In this document: positions 54,773 to 64,000 of the stretch, in pieces
Position numbering within the stretch: the first letter of the stretch is position 1
Layout: each line of letters opens with the position of its first letter
Sequence record: MK250027.1
DNA length: 64,000 nt
Reading direction: 5' to 3' (one strand)
Translations under genes and position numbers: made by a program
The notes under the pieces: model-generated
Seen by the model: only the letters and a program-made list of their open reading frames with translations
Told to the model about the DNA's origin: nothing
Databases searched by the model: none

Positions 54773-56469
54773 TAGTTATTTAATGTTTCATTTATTTTTG
54801 TTTCTATCTATGATATTTCATCGCATATCTTAGATAAATCATCTATTTGTGATTTTATATTATCCCTTGTATTTTTTAATATATTAACTTGATAAGAACT
54901 CATTTGTTTTGTATTTGAATAATCTTTCTTAAATGTTGCAATATTAACCTAAATTTTCCCATATGATATTAATGAAGATTTTAAAACTTTTGAATATACA
55001 CCATATAATGTCATTAAAATTTTAAATTTATCTCTATCTATTCTTATAACTTTCTTTATCTCAGAACATAATACCTAACCGGTTTTTGTATATGCTTGTA
55101 ACTATGGTAATATTTTCTTTAAATCTTCATTAAAATTTGAAACACCTATCATAGATCTATTCTTTGCAATTAATGCTTTATATCTCTTTATATTGTTTTC
55201 TGCTATTTTATTACAATATTCATCATCACCATATAAATCGTTATAATCATACTCTGATAATTTAACACCATAATTAAAATATCTATTCTAATCGCCATTC
55301 GCATATGGTTTATATTTACCAAATAAATCTTTTACCCATTTATATGTCTATCTATTATCAAATGCTTCCCTCTAATCATTCTTACGTTTATTAAAACCAT
55401 TTTCTGTTTTATAATCATTATAACTTTTTACTGTTGAATCCGGTAATGTATAATGTTTATCATTAGTTGATCTATATGTAGATACAACAGAACCATTAAA
55501 ATCCTTATGGACTTCTTCTGGATAATAAATTATTACATAATCATTTAAAGAGGAACCCCAACCTGTACACTTTGATAAATTACTTGCTTTTGATGTTACA
55601 GCACCAACAGTTTTTAATTTCATTTTACCATTATGCTAATTTAAATAAAGATACTTATCAACAAAATCAATACCTACTAAATCTCGTTTATCTCCAATAA
55701 ATGACATACGTGCAATAGTAGGAAATTTTAATTCAGTGCCATCATTTAAAGGCATGGCTAATGTATTTACAATAAGATTATCTTTCTTAACAGCATTTTC
55801 TATTCTATCTTTAGATATATCATCATTCAAGTACCAACGTCTACCTGTTGTCGCAGTAACTAAAGGATTATCATTATCTATTGCAAATAGTTTTAATGTA
55901 TTATTACAGCTTACAACTAATATTTCTCCTTCTTCATTAAACCAAAAACAAAGGTTATCTTTAGATGCTTTATTTACTTTTTCTTTAAGATTTTTATCTT
56001 TTTTAATTTCCTATAATGTATATTTTTCAAAATGTTCATCAGTAAGATTAAATAAATCCATTCTATATTTTGTGAAATAACCATATGTGGCATCAGAAAA
56101 TGCAATGCACGGAATCAACTATGGATCTGGTTTTATAAATAGTTTTGTTGTATAATTTACATATTGGTTAAACAATTCCATATATTTTTTATGTAAAGCA
56201 CGTTTATCATCATCTGAAACTATACCATCACCTTTATAATAAACACTATCTTTAACTTTATTATTCCATGAATTAAATGTATTCTCTATAATAGATTTTA
56301 ATTCGTTATAATACTATTTTGCTTTATAATACATTGTACCTGGATAATACATCTTATAATAAATAAACATTCCTCCTTTATCATTTAGAATATCATTAAC
56401 TAATATATCAGACTGAAGTTTCTCGGTAAGATATTTTTCTGTTATATATTTCTTTAAACTAAATTGCAT
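54772..56469 (-). CDS. Hypothetical late protein (TAG=Gln)
   Basis: 566 codons with TAG-only interruptions; TAATG overlap with the next gene. Confidence 0.75.
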
Positions 56470-56565
56470 AATAATCCTATTTAATATTCTATTTTAATTA
56501 TTTATTTTGATAATTTGATATATTGCGAAATAAATAATAAAACCAATATTTTTATTAATACGGAT

Positions 56566-59187
56566 ATGGGTAGTTTAAATTAGAATAGTATAGCAGATCA
56601 ATATAAAAATCCTTTAAAAAAATACGGTATAGATATATCGAATGAGAATTTGGATGATGTTATTTCAAAAATGACATCATTAACTGACTCATCTTTATAC
56701 TCATAGCAAAACAGTCCATTATATGGTGTATTTAAAAATGTGCTTGATACTTCTGCAAAGCAAGCTGATGCATTTGAACCGGGTGGATCAATAAATGATG
56801 AAATTACTAGTTACCGAGCATGGGATCCTAGACTTCATAGAGTGGACGGATTTGTATCTAGGTCTGCGACAAGCGATGATCACCCAACAGTTGTTCCTTT
56901 CGCTTCAGAAACAGCAGCAGGAGCATTTTATGATATGGTATTTACAATAGAAAAAGGTATCGGTGACAAAATGTCTGAAACTACTGTATATAAAGAAGGA
57001 ACAAATACTAAAGATTCAAATGACAATGAAAAAACATCATCAGATAATACGTTTTATACAGTAGATAAAAATAGTGGTGAAACTATTACAGATGTAAATA
57101 AATCAACAAAAAATTTTTATTTACCTAATAAAACAGGTAGTAATGGAGTAAATGCAGACACAATAAAAAGTTAGATTTTAAATGACGGAGATTCTTATGG
57201 TGTGGCTTCTATTGTTAATCCGTATACATTAACAAAATTATGTGGAGGCCTTGTAAAAGTCAAAGGAAATAATGATGAAAAAGGTAATAATGCAATAGAA
57301 GTAGAAAATCACATGTATGATATTAGAGATTCCCGAAGATTTTATGGTAATGTAATTGAAGGTGAAAATAATACAGATTTTTTAACCGTTACAAATCCTA
57401 CGACGACTAATATAATAACATGGAGCAATTAGGATAGATGGGGACGAACACCATATTATTTTTAGGATTTTGTTTTTTGTAAATATTGGAATATTATACC
57501 TAATAACCGTTTAATAACATTAAGAAAGTATCATGCACCTGTATATGATAATCTTCAATTTTCAAATATGTTTGATAACAAAAAAACACATCCGTTTGCA
57601 CCTATTGCTACAGTTGTAACATACTTTGGAGATGATACTGGCAATACATTATCATCATTATTTGGTTTTACCGCCGGTACAAAATGGAGAGAATTAAAAT
57701 CAGATGTACATGATGTCCAAGGAGATTCTGGTTCAGATCCACATGCAGTTATTGATAACATGTTCACAGGCGGTGGCGGATTTTCTACCGGTGAATCTAA
57801 TATAATGCAACAAGTTATTGGTGGTGCAAATATGCTTACTGGTAAAATGTTTTCATTAGGTAAATTTGTCGGATTATTAAGTCCAAATGGATATAACATG
57901 GGTAAGGATTAGGCAGTATTTGATAAAATCTCATAGGCGAATGTGGATCCATCAGAACAAATATATGCAAATAAAATTAAAGGTCCTGTTAATAGAATTG
58001 AAACAACTAAAGCAAGAGATGCCGGTATTGTATTTGATTAGAAATTTAGTTTAACTTGTCAATATGTAGCAAGACCTATTGGTGGTGTTAATACAAAAGC
58101 AGCAATGCTTGATATATTATCAAACTGCATGGAAATGGCATCTGCTGATGCAGTATTTTGGGGTGGTGGATATAGATTTAATATTAAGCCTCACATGTAT
58201 CCATTTAAAAATACAGCATTTAAAAATAGAATAATGGATGATTTATATGCAGGTCGTATATTTGGTAAAGATGGAGCATTATCACATACAGTAGAAGGTA
58301 TAAAATCATTTGGTACAGATGCATCCGGTAATTTCTCTTGGAGTGAAATCGGTAAACATTTAAGTGAATATCTTGGTGAGACTTTAGGTGCATTAGGTGA
58401 AATGTTCAATACATTACAGAATATGGTTTTTGGTTCAGGCGGTAGTTCAATTGGAGACTGGTTAAAAGGTAAAGGAAATGATATTGGAGGCGATAGTAGC
58501 ACAGCTGGTGATAATGGGGCGAAAAAACTTAATAGCTTAGGTAAAAATCTTAATATGATGTGGCGATCAAAAGTTATCCAATCATCAACAATGCCATCCA
58601 TTACCGGTATGCGTGCATTATTAACAGGTGAAGCAGTTGGAAACTGGCATTTAACAGTAGGTAATCCTCTAAATCCTATTATGGTAATTGGTAATCTTAT
58701 CTGTACAGATATGAAAGTAGAAGTCGGAGAAGAATTAGGTCCTGATGATTTTCCAACAGAATTAAAAGTTGTATATACGTTAGAACATGGTATGCCACGT
58801 GATAAATCTGGTATACAATCTATGTTTAATAGGGGTGGTGGTCGTATATATTAGTTACCTGACTGGATTAGAGCATCTTCTGATTATGAAACAAAAGTTG
58901 ATAACTATACTGGTGGAAGTAACTTCTATCAACCTTCATATATGAGTTCGTCAAAACTTATGGCAATATCTGGTGCTCATGGATACTAGACCTTTAAATA
59001 TGATAAAGGTAAAACACCTGATATAAATGCACATACATCAAATGTTGTTATAGCTAAATTCACACCGCCTGATGTAGATGCAGCTATCAGTAATATAGTT
59101 GATAAATCTTCATCATTCTTTGGTTCTAATAATTCATCTAGAGCATGGATTAGAGGTACAACAGCTACAAGAAAACTTATGAATTAA
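56566..59187 (+). CDS. Putative baseplate/tail-tube-initiator-like structural protein (TAG=Gln)
   Basis: Four track ORFs join in one frame; WHLTVGNPLNPIMVIGNLICTDMKV..GPDDFPTELKV; directly upstream of the gp53-like gene. Confidence 0.6.
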
Positions 59188-59192
59188 TTAAA

Positions 59193-59927
59193 ATGTTTGT
59201 ATATACAATAGATAAAAAACCAGAAATTACAGATTCAAAAGGAAATACGATTGTTGATTTTATTAAACCATTATTTAATAATGAATCAACTGGTGTTGCA
59301 GATTATCAGATTATGCGTGTAGATGCTGAAAAATACCAAATGCGTCCAGATCTCATATCAATGGCAATGTATGGTGATATTGATGAAGCAGAATATATAT
59401 TAAAATTCTCTGGTATATCAAATCCTTTTTCATTAGATAAAGATGATATATTAAAAATTCCTAATGATTAGGAAGTATATGGTATGATGGCGGTTAATTC
59501 ACCAGATGAAGATACCACAAATACTGTAGATACTGCAGCTGAAATACGTCATAATTTTAAATATTATGATCCTGAATTGAATCCATATAATAAAGATGGT
59601 CAATCATATAGAGATTTAGAAAATAAGAAAATACCATCTGGAATTATTGATAAAGGTAAAATTGTCAATAAAACAGGTAATATCATGGTACCATATATAT
59701 CAGAAGATGGACGAACTGCAGTTACTATCCGAAATGGTAAAGTATATTTTGGTGAAGATAGTGGTTTAAATATAGCATCATCTGAAAAAATATCACAGGT
59801 CGCGAACATTACATCAACCATATAGAATGCAATAAATAATACAATGACAAAATTATCAGATTCAAACTGTTTATATAATGGTTCGAACTTAGCAGATTTT
59901 GTAAGAACAAATTTTAATAATAACTGA
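59193..59927 (+). CDS. T4 gp53-like baseplate wedge protein (LysM-like; TAG=Gln)
   Basis: MRPDLISMAMYGD..EYILKFSGISNPFSL..DDILKIP. Confidence 0.7.
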
Positions 59928-59934
59928 TTGAAAT

Positions 59935-62900
59935 ATGAATACAAAATATCCTTTAAATGGTAGACTGGCAACATTAGCAGATTTGGTACATGAATACGGT
60001 CCAAATTCTGGATGGCCTAGTAATAAAACATATGATCTTTTAACATTAAATGCAGATGACACATAGCCATTTTAGACTTTAATTTTTAAATCTACATTAG
60101 ATTCTAATAATAAATTTTAGGCGGAAATACCATATGAAATTGTATATTTTGATGATGTATATTCTAAAAATCAAAAAGATAATAATGGGAAAAATATGAG
60201 GCTTATATAGAGAAATGACAGCTCTGTATTTTATAATAATGAAGAATATACTACTTATGGTTAGTTAAGTCCATCATCATATATAATTGCAAATATTGTT
60301 TCAAATCCTACTAAAATTAAAAATGGTTATTTTGGATTCAAATTTATTGGCGCTAATATAGATAAGCAATCACTCAATTATTAGCAATATTATTATAATT
60401 ATAAGACATCTGATGGAGAAGCTACTGTTATGTATGCGCTTAGAAATATATTATATATATTAAAAAAGTCAAGTAAGACGAACGATAATTAGAAAAAACA
60501 TTTTATTAATAGTATTTTTTCAGATTATACTGAATTAAAAAATTCAGACTATTATAAGAATGAGGAAAATAAACCTATAATGGTAGATGTTCTAAAAGAT
60601 ATATTAGATAATACAGATAAAGAATTTTCATCATGGCAATTAGATACAGATGCATATAAATATTTAGGTGATGCTATATGGACTTCAAAACATATATATT
60701 ATAAAAATTATACAAGTGAAAAAGATAGTACAAAAAATGAATATGAACAAAATATTGTAAAAAAAGCTCGAGCTGCTAAATATTTTACTAATGCCATTGT
60801 TAAATTCAATAATTTAAATAATACTATATATACTATATTAGGTATTAATACTACAAAAAATAACTATTATTCATATAATAGTATGTTGGATGATTCATTA
60901 TATAGGAGATTATTATATTTTTTTGACTTATTTTTAAATTCATAGCGTTTTTTTATAAGTTTTGTAACATCATTTAGATTTTCAAAAATTTCGAATTATT
61001 CATATTTATAGAAAGATCCAGTTTTAAGGTGTGATTTGGGTGTAATGCAGTTATATGAATATATTATAATATAGAATGCTGTACATGATTGGCAAACAGC
61101 ATTGCCCGCTGGTGAAATAACATATAATACATCTATAAATATTATTATACAATATAAAGTAAAATATAAAAATTTAACGCAACTTAGTAATATAATAACA
61201 ACAACATTAGGACCTATTACATTTGATGATATTAGAAAATATAGAACACCTACTGTTAAAGATACAAATGGAAATAATGTTGAAAATGATATATGGTATG
61301 CATTAAAGACATACCCAAAGAATAGTAGTACGTTACCTAATGAAATAAATCCTAATTTACATGGTAATTCTATTACACCAGGATTATATAGTACAAATAC
61401 TATTCTATATGGAACATCGTTTTTCCCAGCTTTACCTCATAAAGATTTTGAAAATAATAATGATTATAATATTAGTAAAGTAAATTATTCATTAGGACTA
61501 TTAAGATGGCCCGTTGGTGAAAACTTAACATTGTTATCATTAGATGATGTAAAGAATTCAATGAATAATCCTAATTTCATTAGTCCTATAACAAATCAAA
61601 AAAACTATGCAGATACAAGTGACGAAACATTATTTGGTGAAAATGATCCTAATGATATTATTAAAAAAAGTGGCATTGCTCCATTTGGTGTATTACGTAT
61701 ACATACTTCATTAGATACATCAGACGAAAATAAATATGGTTCATCTATCTATTTTGATATAAAATTATATAGATGTAAAAATTATTATTATATATCTACG
61801 GAGAATGCTGATAGTGACGATGCAAATGTTTATGCATATTTTATGCCAAAGTATACAGATACAACGCCTTATATATCATTACCAATAATTAAATTAAAAA
61901 ATGATGAAGACAATAGTATAAATAATATTATCACCGAATTAGATAAAAAATTTAAGGATGGATATATTTACTCAATACCATCTCATACAATTATTACATA
62001 TTTTACAATTCAAAGTGGAACTGCAAAAACAATAATATATGCATCTGGTAGAACTGATACTCAAAATAATCTCGGTTCTGATACATATACAAATAAAAAT
62101 TAGATTACGTTCTATTATTATGTAGAAGATAGCAATGAATGGGTACAAGTAACTGGCGATTATATAAATATTAATTCAAATCCATCTGGAAATAATATAA
62201 GTAAACAATATGAAATAACTTTTAATTTATCACAAAATTATCATCAATATTGGCGATTTACATTAAATAATATAAATTAGTATTATTATTTTAGATGTAA
62301 TTATTATGATAAACCAAAAGATAACACATCATTTATAAATATGACTATACATCATCTTTTTGTATCTGATGAGTCTTTAATATAGGGAATGATAGAATAT
62401 CAATTAGGTATGAGAAACCAACAGGATAAATCTACAAATCAAATATCATTAAAATATGCAGTATATAATACAATTACTGATATTAGAAATGATAATGAAA
62501 AACCTAATGATAAGTCATCATTATCAATTATAGAACATGCAATTAATAACGCTGAACAATAGAATGTTATTATATGTATTGATAAAATAATATACATAGA
62601 ACCTATTGCTTTTAAATCAACAGAACGATATGTATCAGAAAAATTTTATGGAAATATATATAGTCCGTTCCATGTAGCATATGAAACAAAATCATTTGAT
62701 GGTATCTCAGCGTTTAATATACAAAAACAAATATATGGATATAATTTTAATTCATGTGCATTATTTGATAAAACTTCAGACTCGCGTGTAAAAATAGAAA
62801 AACTATATAAAAAAGAAAGTGTAAATGTATATTTAGCATTTGAACCTATTTATATAATTAATAATGGTAATACATTTAAAGACAATAATGCAAAAGATGA

Positions 62901-63987
62901 AGATATTATAAATGAGTATTCTACTTATTTTAATACATGTTCAATAACAAATATAAAATTAAGCAATAATGGTACAGAACAAACTATTAACAAGAATTCT
63001 GGTAATTCAAACAATAATTTTATTAAAAGTATATTTTCTAAATCTGTATATATTGACGCAACATCAATATGTATAAGTGTTACAAGTAATAAAACAGAAC
63101 CAATTTCTTCACTTATATATGATACAACCGATGGTTTAATAAACACCTATTTGTTCGATTTTGATATAAAATATTACAAATATAAAAATAATACAGAGAA
63201 ATTTGAAGAAACAAATAGTGTAAATGTAACAAATAAAATATAGTTAATGTAGCTAAATAATACATTAAGAAATATATAGTTGAATGGTGATGAGTAGTAT
63301 TTAATAAATATTGTTCTTAAAAAATTCAAGGAAAGATTAAAACATTTTACTATAACTGTTGTATCTAATATGGATGGATTAGAAGGTGTATGTAAAATAA
63401 AAATTAACGATCTTCCACAAGATTATGAAGAAGACACATTAAAGAAGTTTGTTGATGACGCTGTTTATTATACAAATACATTACAAGTTCCAAAAGGAAC
63501 TAAAATAGAAATAGAAATTATGTATGATTGGGATAATTAGGATGTATTTACATATAATGGATTATCAATAAATAATAGTGAACAGCATGATAAAACAGAA
63601 AATAATATTATATATACAGTAACTGATACTACAATAATACGATTAAATATAAGTTATAAGAATAATCAATCAGGTGGTACAGGAAATCAAATAAATTTAA
63701 ACAATTATGCAATTTAGATAAATTTTTAGAAAAATGGAGATAATGTTAAACCTGTATTATCAATATCGCCTGCTAATTCAACTATAGATATATATTATGC
63801 TACATATACAGATAAAAATAATCCAATAACATCATTAAACGGTGAAAATTCAATACGTTATAATGCAAACTAGGGAATACGTGAATATTCTTCTAATATA
63901 GGTATTTCTGCTACATTATATTATAATGGTCATTTTAAAAGTGGTGATAGCAATGCAACATATCGTTTTTATGAGTTTTCTGAGTAA
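59935..63987 (+). CDS. Large (1350 aa) putative tail/baseplate-associated protein (TAG=Gln)
   Basis: Single frame to TAA 63985 with TAG-only interruptions; N/Y/I/T-rich beta-type composition. Confidence 0.75.
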
Positions 63988-64000
63988 AATTAAATATATA

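Overview
AT-rich segment of a T4-like jumbo/megaphage resembling the Lak phages, with a probable Bacteroidota host. It uses a dual genetic code. The structural, packaging and lysis genes (about 16.2-30.8 kb and 49.1-64 kb) read TAG as Gln and only assemble into full ORFs under code 15, so the supplied ORF track fragments them. The accessory blocks are almost TAG-free and carry Bacteroidota TAnnTTTG promoters. Recognisable genes: NADAR, NAD-dependent ligase, endonuclease V, 2H phosphoesterase, CorA, YqeY, gp13/gp14-like neck proteins, amidase, terminase large subunit, class II aldolase-like protein, a PspA-like/ABC/OmpA operon, release factor 2 and a gp53-like baseplate protein. Most striking observations: (1) a tRNA-Leu(UAA) split by two group I introns, one in the D-loop; (2) an ABC ATPase whose 3' half seems replaced by an endonuclease-carrying element, with the old 3' half stranded downstream; (3) a third promoter class (TAGACA-N17-TATAA) shared by the tRNA and a candidate four-hairpin ncRNA; (4) a 1365-aa protein with long 14-aa periodic repeats. 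N-runs at 11-27 kb limit some calls. All calls were made by eye; no database searches were run.
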